From the human T2T-CHM13v2.0 reference genome, Homo sapiens, in NCBI RefSeq assembly GCF_009914755.1, contig NC_060936.1: a stretch of DNA of 64,000 bases; one strand, given 5' to 3'. The notes beneath the pieces are model-generated. The model was not told the DNA's origin, searched no databases, and saw only the letters and a list, made by a program, of their open reading frames with translations. Shown here in pieces: positions 51,255 to 64,000 of the stretch (position 1 is the first letter of the stretch; each line of letters opens with the position of its first letter). The position numbers were made by a program, and so were the translations under genes.

Positions 51255-51801
51255 TTCTGACTTTAACCGAGTTTGGCAATTTTGCATGAACAAGCAAGGG
51301 ACACTTTATTCAAGACTATTGCAGTAGGAAAGGAAGGCCAGAATTCAGTCTGAGCTCAACTCCACTGAAATAAAAGGCAGAAATGTTCTTAAAAGCAGTG
51401 GTGGGGGAATGTTAAGCCATAGGTGTTTGTTAATTGTCTTTACCAAATGGAAAGGAAAACTTTCTCATATCTTCCAGGCAAGGGATGGCTTTGCAACTTG
51501 GAGCAAGGTACCCCTGAAACTTAGGCTTCTACCCTCCAAAAGACAGGGGAATAGGAGCTCTATCTTCCTTAATGATGACATTTCAAAAGGATGGCTCCCA
51601 GGTCCTTGAGAAAGACATTTCTGGTTATAAAACTGACAAGAAGCTTTTTTAAAGATTTACATTTCAAAGGAGGAAATATTTTGCAATTACAAGTTTTCTA
51701 AAGCAAATGCTCTAAGAAAAAAGAGATCAAGGGCCTAGAATCAGGAAGCAGCCTGTCTAAAATTTAGTCAAGCTGAGGGGAATGTTTAGTCCACCTTGGC
51801 C
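51255..51801 (-). mobile_element. MER31/MER67-family ERV1 solo LTR
   Basis: ggatggctcccaggtccttgagaaagacatt...gcctgtctaaaatttagtcaagctgagggg. Confidence 0.7.
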
Positions 51802-54800
51802 AATATATTAGCCTGTAATTTAACTTTTTTTTCGAGGTCCTGTGATTGTGGGCCTTCTGGGTATGACTCATTTGGACTCTTGGAGATAGGAGGAACAGTA
51901 GGGATGATGCTTTGGGTACTCTCCTTTACTCTGCTATCCACTATTTATTTCTTGAGAAGACTTTGTGGCCTTTAAATTCTATAAGTTGAGTAGAAATTAA
52001 ATATTTATTCTGGTAACAAACAATGAAAATGTATCTTAAATCAGTGAGATTGCATAGAAGAGGATTATCATTGAAACACAATTATTAATAATATTTTTAG
52101 TACTTTTTTTAGACCGTAAACATGATGGGGAATAAAAAAGAGAGGTTGTTATATTACAAAGATAAATAAATTCAAATGTAAGTCAAGATAAGCAACTACT
52201 TAAATAGAATAGCCATATTCTTCTATTAGCTGCTTCTTACCTTCCAACTGAAGTTAAAAGAGAAACGGTGTTTATGTGTCATTTTAGTAAGAAGACTGTA
52301 ATAATTACAAATTACTTTTTTCCTTCAGAATCTTCTCAACAAAAAGCCACAATTTCTGGAAAATTCTATAGTGTGCTATAATGCTGAAAATAATTCAGAA
52401 TAAATTTGCTCATAAAAATGTCAGTAAGAAAAGCTAACTGGATAATTTTTATTTCTCTGAAAGCCAGAGCTCTCTAATATCTGCTTTTGGGATGCTGCTT
52501 AGGGTAATTAGGTATGATTTTCCAGTTACTTGGGGACGAGCAGATGTGACTGGTATTGCTGAGATCCTAATTTTATACTGCTAATGCAATGCTTACCATA
52601 CAAAGGCATGTGAAGGTGAGACAGTTAAAAGTCGATGTAAAGACTGGAAACTGGGAGTCTTTGTACTATATTTAAAATAATTACAACTAGGGCTAAAAAT
52701 AATTTTATCTTTGCATTTCTCTTTTTTCTTTGTTTTCATCCACCATTCCCATAGCACCTGAATTCTCAGGGTCCCTCCTCTCCCTTTCCACCCTTTTCCT
52801 TCTATTTCTTTCTCTTTTAACACAGCTTTTCTCCAGGAAAATAGGACACAGAAAGAACATCTACCTGCAAACAGCCATCAGCGAGTAAGTCCAGATCATG
52901 CCAGTATTCAGTAAGCCATGTCTGACAACTCACCCTTTCCTCTGAGTTTAATAGGATAAAGCTAGTAGTGGAATAGAAATTGAGAAATGTGGCTCTACTG
53001 ATAAGGAAACCTTGTCATAAAGTATGAATTAGCAGCGGTTGAGCAGATTTACTTCAGGAGTGTTTCACTGCTATTATATTGCCTGTTTTATCCTTTGGCT
53101 TCTATGGACATATCATCTGAGATAATGACCCTCCATCTATTTGCACAGGTGCAAGTAAAAAGGTCCTAAAATGGACACACAAACTCACACACATGCACAA
53201 GTAAGCATGCCAAGCATACTAAATTACAGAAACGAATAACTCATCAATAAAGCAAATGTTATAAAGTCCTGTGACTCATCATTCATGATTTACTCATAAC
53301 ACAAATTAAAAAATAATTTTGAAATAAGTTGACAGATTGGACCAGAGGATAAATGTAGGCTATCCAGGAAGTATAACTCTGTACAGTAACACTAAAGGAA
53401 CAGCTGCCGTCTTTGTGTAGCTCACACACAGTCTGCTTTTATAGACCCTAATGAGGACAAAACCGATTAGCAGATTAGAAATTGACAGAAATCAGAGACA
53501 CTCTGCTTAAGAATCACTAAAGTTGGATAGTATTTCAACTAATGCTATTCTTTGTTCATCTAAAGATTTATGGAATGAGTGTCTTATGTATAAACATCTG
53601 CCTCTTCAGGGAAGCATCTGTCATGCAGCCACCAAATAACATGACAGAGGGGTACTGTGTGCATCTGAAGAGCCTTAAGATCTGTGGTATTGCCCAAGTT
53701 CCTACTGCAGATTAAAACTTTTAATCAGGTAGTTTTTAAAAAAAATAAAATAAACCTAGCTCATAAAATGAACTGTTGAATAGTTTAATGTAAAAGAAAG
53801 CATTTCAAAGGATATTTCATTTAAATGCAAATGTGGACTATGAGTTATTAAAGAGAATCGAGTTTTCATATTCTTGTTTTTCTAGACTCCTGGGATCAAA
53901 GTCACCTTTTGAACTTGCAAAGTAAGCTTCAAAACTTCTGTCTTACTGTTAGGATTTAAGTTTATTGTTTTCGCTATTAAAAGACAAATGCTATCTGAAG
54001 CTTTATCTGCAGCATTAATTGTCCCTTAAAGACAAGGGAACTGAATTAACAGGAGAAAGGGTAGGACTCTAGAACATTTAGGTCATGGCTTTGGAATCAG
54101 AGCTCTCAGCAGTTTCATGCTTTGTGGATAATTAAAATCAATACAAAATAATTACAGAACTAGAAGGATCTCCAGATACCTAATCCAGTCCCTTGTCTCC
54201 AGGAGAAACTAGATCTAGTTTAAACTAACTTCCACACAGATACTTGAGTTGTATGAGAGAAACTGGGACTCTAGATTCACTTTCTGCACTTACCAAGAAT
54301 ATTGCAAATGTGGCTTGGTAACCAGTGTTCAAAAAGAGATTATGGTTTTTATAAGCATGACATTGGCATCATGAAACTATCTTCTACAGTCTCAGATCAG
54401 CAATGGAAGGCAATGATGGCCAAAATAATATTCATCTTTCACACTACATTTATAGAGAAATTAGGGTTTCTGACAATGCCCTATCTGCTAGCTTGTCTTC
54501 TCATTTTTAGTGTATCCTGTCTTATCTTAAAAGTTTAGATTGGGTGCTACATCCTCCATGAAGCTTACCAATCTCAATTCTTATTGGTTATTTTCTTTTT
54601 GATTCCTTTATTTAATAAGACTTTAGGATATATACATAACTCTATAGTAAAAATATAGATGACCATATAAAGCAGCATTTGCCATCTCTCTACTTAAATG
54701 AAATGTGCTTAAATGCTAGTCCCTGGAGCCTAACAGAATACTCTTTACTTAGTCACTACTCAAAAAATGCTGGTTGATGATTTTTTTTTTCTAAATCTGG

Positions 54801-55005
54801 TTGAAATTAATTCTCTTTATTATTCTGTTCTCATGGAAGATGAGGACAAGAATGAGATGTATTGAGTCTCCTGATTTCAATTCCCTATTCCAACATTATA
54901 TTTCTCTTTATACCATTCTTAATGCTCCTTTTTGTTATGAGCTCAAACATCAGAACAGAGTGAAACAAATATATCCAAGCTCCATTAACTCATTTCTTTA
55001 AGTAA

Positions 55006-55291
55006 TTTTAAAGAGACAGTGACTTGCCTATTGCCCAGTCTACAGTGCAGTGGCCCAATCATGGCTTGCTGCAGCCTCAAACTCCTGAGCTCAAGTGATC
55101 CTCCTGCCTCAGCCTCCTGAGTAGCTGGGACAACAGGAGACTGCCACCATGCACAGCTGATTTTTTTTTTAATTTTTTGTAGAGATGGGGCTATGTTGCT
55201 CAGGCTGGTCTTGAACTCTTGGCCTCAAGCATCCTCCTGCCTCAGCCTCCCAAAGTGCTGGGGTTACCAGCATGAAACACTGCACCTAGTC
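55006..55291 (-). mobile_element. AluJ
   Basis: Dimer; TSD ctttaagtaa. Confidence 0.92.
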
Positions 55292-55627
55292 ACTTTAAGT
55301 AAAATTTAATGTGACAAAATTACTTTGCAACATAAATTTCTGGATGACTCCTTGGAGTTTAGTTTTATTTTTAGATACATTTTCTTCCTAAAGAAAAGGG
55401 GCATGGTTATCAAAGCATTTTGTAAATCAGTAGAATTCAACATGCCTAAGGTAAGGTGTCGAGTTAGATTAGTGGACTAGTACAACAATACTTTCTGTTT
55501 CAGAAAGGTCAACATTGAAAACGTATGTGTGTCTGCATTACTGAATTGAATTGGCGAAGTTGAATATTTAATTGTGTGCTCTGTGAGAATAACTGCAGTG
55601 AGATACATGTCCTTTAGAGCATTTCTT

Positions 55628-55975
55628 TTTTTCTTTTTCTTTTCTTTACTTTTTTTTTCTTTTTTTTTCTTTTTTTTTTTTTTTTTTGAGATGGAGTCTC
55701 GCTCTGTCGCCCAGGTGGAGTGCAGTGGCACAGTGGCGCCATCTCCTCTCACTGCAAGCTCTGCCTCCCCAGTTCACGCCATTCTTCTGCCTCAGCCTCC
55801 CCAGTAGCTGGGATTACAGGCGCCTGCCACCACGCCTGGCTAAGTTTTTATATTTTTAGTAGAGATGGGGTTTCACTGTGTTAGCCAGGATGGTCTCGAT
55901 CTCCTGACCTCGTGATCCGCCTGCCTCAGCCTCCCAAAGTGCTGGGATTACAGGCGTGAGTCACCGCACCCAGCC
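55628..55975 (-). mobile_element. AluY
   Basis: Diagnostic gcaagctc, ttcacgccatt, gttagccaggatggtctcgatctcc; TSD taga(g/a)catttctt. Confidence 0.95.
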
Positions 55976-55997
55976 TAGAACATTTCTTAATAGAATC

Positions 55998-56019
55998 TAC
56001 ACACACACACACACACACA
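55998..56019 (+). repeat. (CA)n
   Basis: Direct observation. Confidence 0.9.
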
Positions 56020-57342
56020 TTATGTAATACTTTAGAAGAAAAAGATGGATCATTTTCATTGTTAGAGAAAGTCTTAGGAAAATTTTATATTTTACATCTA
56101 CTGCATGCTTTGCAAAAATAGAAGAGAGCTTTTAATCAATAGTAACATTAGGCAGCTATATGGAATTGCATCCTATTTCACTGAATCTTGTCATTCTTGA
56201 CTACTGGTCAAAATGAAAGACTGCTATTACACTATTACAGGAAATGTTTCCCATTGATTGTTATTTCTACAACCAACAGTCTCCACCATACTTTTCTATA
56301 TTCTCTGATCCACATCTTACATTTCTTTATAAATGCTTCTTCTTCCTCCTTGAGCTAATAGACACCTGGTCAGTTCACCTGCCAAAAACACAAGGCATCC
56401 CAAGTGAGGCTATTCATTTCATTACACCAGTTGGGGGTGAAAAGAGAGGGAAGGGCTGAAAATAGGGATGACATTCTCCTCAGTTTCCATTGCCATTCAA
56501 GGACCATCACTTTCCTCTTATGTAAAACCTTTCCTCTGCACACACATCCCAGCACTGTCTTCTAATCATTGAGGACACTGGCATCTGGCTTACTATTTTC
56601 CTTTTGGCCTCTTTTGTACAACTTCATTGTCTTTGTGGAGAACCCTTCAATATGCCAACCTCCTCTACTGACATTCCATTCAGCAAACATCGTCAAACCT
56701 GAGGTCCAAAGAAAAGAATTAACCTTCATTTGATTCCTTATTAAAATCTCTCTCTCCATTCAAGCTTTATGTCCTTTAACTCTTTATGTCCTTTAAAATT
56801 ATTCATTGAATCCTCCAAAACAACACATTACTGCAGACAATGACTGCTTCCCATGATCACATGTTCAATCTTCTTATCCAGGCATTCAATGACCTTCAAG
56901 ATTGGTTCTTAACCTTTGTCTCTAGACATTTTTTAATTACTTGCACATAATTATAACTAATCCAACGATTCTCCAAATATGCCTAACTTTTCAGACTCCA
57001 AATCTTTCTCATGGCCTCTCTCCATCTTTCCAATTCTCTTCCTCCCCAACAACCCCAAATAATCATCCCCTTTAAAGCCCAAATTTCCAGGCATTCCATG
57101 ACCTTTCCATGTCAAAGCGTCCATGTCCTTCTCTGAACTTCTGCAGAATTGTGTCCCACTGTCTGAAAGCATTTACTTTCTTGCTCTGTGGTTACCTATA
57201 TATTTATCTAAGTCTCCTTAACTACTTGGAAGGTAGTACCAGCTTACTGTATTAGTAAAATAGGGTATTAGTTCAGTCTCTGGTTCTAATTAGTTCTTCT
57301 GACTTATCTCGCCATCCGTATGAACAACAGTTGTAAAATATA

Positions 57343-57492
57343 TTGCCTGGAACCAGCTTCCACTTTTCCTGTACTTCCAGGCTGAGCCGAGGGTCGACAG
57401 AAAGGAAAGCCATTCAGCTCTGGGGTCCCGACAAGTTGGTTGACCCTGCAGCCATGAGCGGAACTCTCAAAGTCATGTCACCCAAGTGAGAC
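57343..57492 (+). mobile_element. Isolated ERV9-like (HERV9/HERV-W group) internal leader fragment
   Basis: ttgcctggaaccagcttcc...gagccgagggtcgacag...gccatgagcggaactctcaaagtcatgtc, recognised from memory of ERV9 5' internal sequence. Confidence 0.75.
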
Positions 57493-57790
57493 CATGCAAA
57501 GATAACTGGTTACAGTGCTTTGAGTTCTGTATGTGTTCTATGAAATCATCAGTAAAACTGACCAGGGCTTTCCTATGTTTATATTTTCCACATCACTCTC
57601 TGTATAGTAGTCTAATAATAGTAAATATTCAATGAGTATTCATTGACTAAGAAGAAGATATTTACTACATTCTTTTGTATAGAGCACAATAATTTATAAG
57701 GGGTTTCTAATCCATTCAAGTGGCTAGTTCTTCGGTCATCTATTACTTCTTTTATCCCATCTGTGGTTGGAATTTCTCATGGAGTCTCAT

Positions 57791-58217
57791 TGTGTTAGGC
57801 TGTTCTTGCATTGCTATAAAGAAGAACCTGATAGTGGGTAATTTATAAAGAAAAGAATTTAATAGGTTCATGGGCCCGCAGGCTTTATAAGAAGCATGGT
57901 CTTGGCATCTGCACAGCTTCTGGGGAGGCCTCAGGAAGCTTACAATCATGGCAGATTACAAAAGGGGAGCAGGCACCTCACATGGTCAGAGCAGGAGCAA
58001 GAGGTGAGGGGCAAGGGAGGTGCCACAAGCTTCTAAACAAATAGATTTCTTATGAACTCATTCACTAGCTTGAGGACAATACCAAGGACATGGTGCTAAA
58101 CCATTCATAAGAAATCTGCCCCCATGATCTAGTCATCTCCCACCAGGCCCCCTCTTTAACACTGGGGATTATAATTCAACATGAGATTTGGCAGGGACAT
58201 ATATTCAAACTATATCA
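57791..58217 (-). mobile_element. MSTA solo LTR
   Basis: 427 bp, TG...CA ends, 5-bp TSD ctcat/cccat. Confidence 0.9.
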
Positions 58218-60956
58218 CCCATCTCACAGGCCACAGCTTTAGCCTATGTCGAATACTAAAACTAGTAGAAAAAGCATGGCATGTCAGATTTGGCAAAACA
58301 GATTTTTAAGTAATAGTGACAAGTCATACCATGTTACAATGCCATGATTGCTTTGAAAATACTTTGCAAAACTTCTCAACTACAATTCATCATATGGTTC
58401 TTGTACCTTGACAATATTTCCCTGATAAAATGACATAAAATTGGCATTGTTACTCACCATTGACAAGACTGCATCACATGATCCATCTGGCTTGAACCTC
58501 ATACTAAGTCAGAAGTTACAACTTCTTCCTGTTGAATTAGTTGCATATTATCACTAATTTTGCATAATTATATGTGTTTCTTTGAATGATGATATCTCAT
58601 AAACATTGCAATTTATATCTTTCAGAAACTTATACCTTTTGGTTGTATATATTGATAAATAATATTTAAAATTAGTTTATTCTTATAAAGATTTCAGAAT
58701 TTTAAAAATCTCTGGGAAGGAATATACGCTAAAAGATGCTTAATGTTCAGTGTAGCTGAAACATATACTTAGAGGAAGGTTTTTCTTTTTAAACAGTTAA
58801 ATAATGGTAAATTGGCAAGTACCATGCCAATCCCCCTTCTTGCCATGTGTAGTACAGCAGTGGTGATAATGTTAGCGATTAGAGATATTAATTTTATTTA
58901 TCTTTTTTCCTGGAGATAAAGGCTTAGTAAAAGATGAAAATATTTCTTATAAGTAAGTTACTACAAACAACTTAGTTTCTATTTAAAAAGTGGAAAAAGC
59001 TTCTAACTCAGCCTCAGGACATTAATTTTATTTGTGTACCATCTAATATTTGTAAGTGGACTTCATTTTATCTTGGGAGTTCAGAATGCAAATACAAAAA
59101 AAAACTCCTGGGGGGAAATGCAGTTATTAAAAACTCCCTTAGAGAATTATTCAAAAGACAGGTTACTTTATTTACTTCAATAAATAAAGTAAAAGAATAT
59201 TGTGATCACAACATGAAAGAATGAAATTAATCTGTATTTGTTACAGAACAGAAATAAAATTAAGTTGTAATTAATTCAAAACAGAAATATGCCTTATTTG
59301 TAATTACCTTATTTGTGACAGCATTTAATTATTCCTTTAAATACAATTTTGGAGAAACTAAAATTTTTGACTAAATTTTGATTTTAATCAACACACACAC
59401 ACACAGTGTAGTCTTATGTCATAATAACTGAGATTAATATCCAGTATGCAAAATACTTGAGATTAATGTAGAATAATTTTGAAGCAAAAATGTTTTTCCC
59501 TCAGATGTGGGACATGATTCAGCATTTGATACTTAAATTTCCTTTGAAATGTTGCAGAGACAAACTGTACTCAAACTCAAATAAGAGCAATTTCCATTAT
59601 TACATACCAATCCTGGAAATGTGTGTGAGAATGACAACTTCAATCACCACCACATCAGTTTGCCTTCCTTGTCGATTTCTTAGTAAAACCAGTTTAAAAG
59701 AATGTGTAGCCACAGGTGTGTATAGACAAAACTGAACTTATAAATAACACAGCAATTCAGCTGTTTTTTTGTTTCAGAATAAATAAGTAATTATTTCATT
59801 TTTACAAATTATTTCTAAACTTTAAAAATATAAATGCACCTTAACTTGATTTTTTTTCTTACCTGAGCATCTGTGAATGATTAATTGGATTTTTAGCCTA
59901 AGATATTCTTTCATGTATGATTTTCTTTGTAGGAACTTATAAAGCTATGCACACATATATATAATATTACACATATGATATGCATATGTTATACATATGC
60001 ATATATGTACATAATATATTCATACATATTTTACATTTATATTATGTGTGTCTATATATATATATATATATACACATTTCTTTCTTTCTTTCTTTATAAA
60101 ATTACACAATTTTAGGTTAACCAATGATGTGATTAGGCAAATGTTTTCAAGCCAAACCTCCCTCCTCTGTTCAGAAAATGAGATTAGCAGTGCTTATATG
60201 ACACACTCCTTGAATCATCAGTCTTTGGTGCTAATTTAGTCAAATTAGGGTTATGCTTCTTTACTAATGTAGATTTTGACAATGTAATCCAAAGACATGA
60301 ATCTCGTAATATTAATGGGAAGTCACTTCCATTTGTAGAGAGAGTAAAGAATGGACAATTGTGCCCGGTCCACCCTTATTCAGTCCCTGATCCTCAACCC
60401 CATAGCCAACATGCCTCACACATATCCTACCTATAATCGAAGGCAGCCCTTCTTGGTTTTACCACTTTTTCTAAGATTCTTTAGCCTTGTAGAAGAAGGT
60501 TTAAGGGGGAAATAAAAGAAGTCTAGTTCAAAATATCCAGTTTCCTCTTCAATGGCACCACTCAACCTAATACTGTTCAAAGAAAAATTCAGGACCTTTT
60601 CTTTCAAGCAGTAACATCCATGAGAAAATTTTAGGCTATAACACAGTGATAATATTGCAGCTGATTAATAACACACAAATAGTTATATATTAGAGAATTC
60701 TTAAATAAAACTCCTTTGTTTTTATTTCAATAAAATGTCTTTTTAAAAACATTTAAAATCTGAAGTAAACATTTCCAAAAGATCATCTCTTCCAATGAGG
60801 GAACAGGTTTATTCAGGCCTCAAGAATTTGAGGGGCATCTGGTGAATGCCAGGTGTCTTCTAACTGAAGATACAGCAGGAAACAAGAAAGACAAATGTCT
60901 TGTCTTTGAGAAGCTTATGTTCTAGTCATACGTAATGGATAAAAGCTTGTATTTAT

Positions 60957-61307
<351 letters not shown>

Positions 61308-63538
61308 AAAAGCATGTATTTATAAAACCCGGAGCAATTCTTAAACCCACTAAACTCAGTAAATCTATAGTGCCTATAACATTATACTAAATAAGTAATA
61401 AATACTTTTCTGATGATACACGTACTCACCAAATGTAATGACCAGAGAAGATATGTTTTTAGCTAAAATATCCTAGCTTTGGGATGAACAGTAGGAGCAC
61501 TGGATTGGATCAGAATGCAGTATACACATATTTATTTCTTATGAGTCTGCCTCTTAGTAAAAAGTGTATTTTATACCTCTCTGTTTTCAAAAACACACCA
61601 AAACCCAAGTTTTGTTTCCTCAAATGTTTAATGACATTTATTTATTGTATCTGAATGATTTATTATGATATTGTGATACAGCATCACTTAAGGTTGTTTG
61701 GATTTTTAAAAGCTATTCCCAAAAGATTTGCAACTACTTTCCCCTGCTATCTTGGTTGCTTCCTGTTCTCACAGAAATGTGAATGATGTCCCTCATGTAT
61801 TGCTTATTTCTTGAGCTTTTAGGTACAACTTGGCAAATATACCAAATGATAGAGAGGAAAAATGAAGGTATTTTTACATTGAAAATTTTTCACTGGCAAA
61901 GCTCTTTTCCTGAAGGAAACATCACTCATGTTTAGGCTAGATTATGTGCGCATCGTGACCTAGAATTGGAAACCCAGTGGCTACTGAACTGGGGGCTCCT
62001 CTAAAGCCAAACCAAACCATTTGAGCAAGAACTATGGACTATTCATACAGTTTATCAAATTTAGCCAGATGACAGAGACAGTGTCTGACAAAAGGTTGAA
62101 TCTAGTAAAAAAAAAAAAAAAAATTCACTTAGGATAAAATGTCTAATGGAGATTAAAACTTTAAAATATGTACTAAATTGGTGTTCCCCAGGCTGTTCAT
62201 ATTCTCAGTGCCTACAGAATACAGAAAAGCTAGAAATAGCTAATGTAGCTTTGGAGGATAACAGAAATTTTGTTTGGTTTTGTTCCTATGTTTTCTTCAA
62301 AATGTTGTTATTCTTTATATAACTATTTAGGTTATTTTAATTGGTTTAAAAAAGCTCGAGTCTATTCCAGGAGGGATTGTTTAAAAAAAAAAGATAGAAT
62401 TTAAAAAGGTTGAGTCTCTACATGGATGAGAAAAAAAAAGCCAATATAAGTCTTTTATATAAACCAATCTCTTAAAACATTTTAATAAATATTTTATTTT
62501 AATCTATTAAAATCCCTTCATAGCCCACTAACATTCTAAAATACCAGCTATAGATTTCAAGTTCATTTTTTAGAACTTTGAAAGAAAAATAGATATATTG
62601 CATAAGAAAGGTGATGAACTTAATAATAGTTATGGAAAAAGATACAAATATAACAATGAAAGGTCCTGCAGATTAATTTAACCATTTAATTAAGAAAAAG
62701 AGAGCACTATTACTTAGGTAATTTTTTAAAGTCAATATTACTATAACTCAGTATATTAAAGGCTTTCAAAATGAAGGAATTAGTCATGGAATAGTGTTTT
62801 GTATAATTAATGACATATTTAACTTTTTCATTTAGTCATATTGCTATCTTTACTCCTAATCAAAATGCAATTTACAGAATGTATTATTTCATCGAGAAAT
62901 TAACAGCTGGCTTGTAAGAAACATTTAAGTTAGGTTAATTACTGCCTTTTAAATTTGTATAATATACTGTGACAGAAAATTAATGATGCTCACACTATTT
63001 AGCATAGTTCATAACCCATATTTTAATGAAAATATACTATTATTAGTGATATACATGATACAGATATAATACACTCTAATTGCTGGTCATTTTATGTCTG
63101 TTCTATATAATTCTATAAAATGAAGCCATATTCATTCTGCTTATTAATTTAGACTTCACAGATAAAAATTTGCATTTAATATATTCATGTGTATATTGGA
63201 TTATGTGAATTTTATTAACCTAAGGCATGACAAGTGGGGTTTGACTGACAGTTTCTCAAGATTCTAATCTGGTCAAGAATTCATTTTCCTTTCATCTTAT
63301 CACAGACATATGAAAATCTTAAACTGAACACGTTAGCATTTTAAGTAGTATCCATTTTCTTCCTGTGCACTGTGCCAAAAGTGAGATAACTACTTGCATA
63401 GTGTCCATGGAGAGGTGTTTCCATAACATGCCCTGATAATAAATTTGTGACAACTCCAGTTCTGCTGTCTCAAATGTAAGTTTCTTACAGAAGCCTAAGT
63501 TAAAATCTCTTTCTTTTTCTGTAGCAAAAATCAAGGCC

Positions 63539-63584
63539 TATTATATTATATTATATTATATTATATTATATTATATTACATTAT
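63539..63584 (+). repeat. (TTATA)n
   Basis: Direct observation. Confidence 0.9.
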
Positions 63585-64000
63585 CAACTACCAAATTTAG
63601 GTTTCTTGAATTGGGTCACTGCTTTCTTTAGTCATACTAAGTTCAGTGATCGTCTTTATGCCAGTTGCTAGTGATTGGCTATAGGACTTCTCCAAACAAG
63701 GACTACAATTATAGGAAAGAAATGGTATACCTCTGAGCTAATATGAGAACACATATTTTTTGAACCATAGGCAAAAAATACTAGAAAAAGTGCCATTGTA
63801 GTTGTACCATAGAACATAATTTTAGAAATATAGGACTCCCGTGAAATACTTGAAGAAAATTTGATAAATATATTGCATGAATAGTCAAGATGGCTATATT
63901 AAAATGGGTGTGAAATAAAGTTTTATTACTTTTTTAAAGTAATACCAACTAACTTCTGTGCAGGTCAATGATAACGAGTAAAATATGTCTACTGGTTTCA

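Noticed and set aside
58812-58830. TTGGC...GCCAA palindrome as an NFI site
   Set aside because: Spacer is 9 nt, not the 5 nt of the NFI consensus.

Overview
AT-rich, CpG-depleted primate genomic DNA, probably human or great ape. It carries AluJ/S/Y, L1PA/L1MA/L1MC, L2, MIR, MER44, MST/THE1 and ERV1-type repeats. I found no intact protein-coding gene, tRNA, rRNA or CRISPR array; the ORF-track entries come from repeats, low-complexity sequence or fragments. The main result, from reading the minus strand by eye, is a decayed multi-exon gene from at least ~36.8 kb (possibly ~41 kb) down to ~7.6 kb. About 25 exon-like blocks, mostly AG...GT bounded, translate with stops and frameshifts. In order they give many fibronectin type III (FN3)-like repeats, interspersed SEA-like modules, a ZP-N/ZP-C module and a transmembrane helix. 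This looks like a possibly unannotated unitary pseudogene of a large UMODL1/uromodulin-like membrane protein. Domain calls are motif matches made by eye and need HMM and orthologue confirmation. Smaller observations: a perfect 22-bp hairpin, three local non-tandem duplications, a twin-primed L1MA, an orphan ERV9-like internal fragment, a MER44/THE1/Alu deletion junction, and a 330-bp polypurine (GAAA/GGAA) tract.
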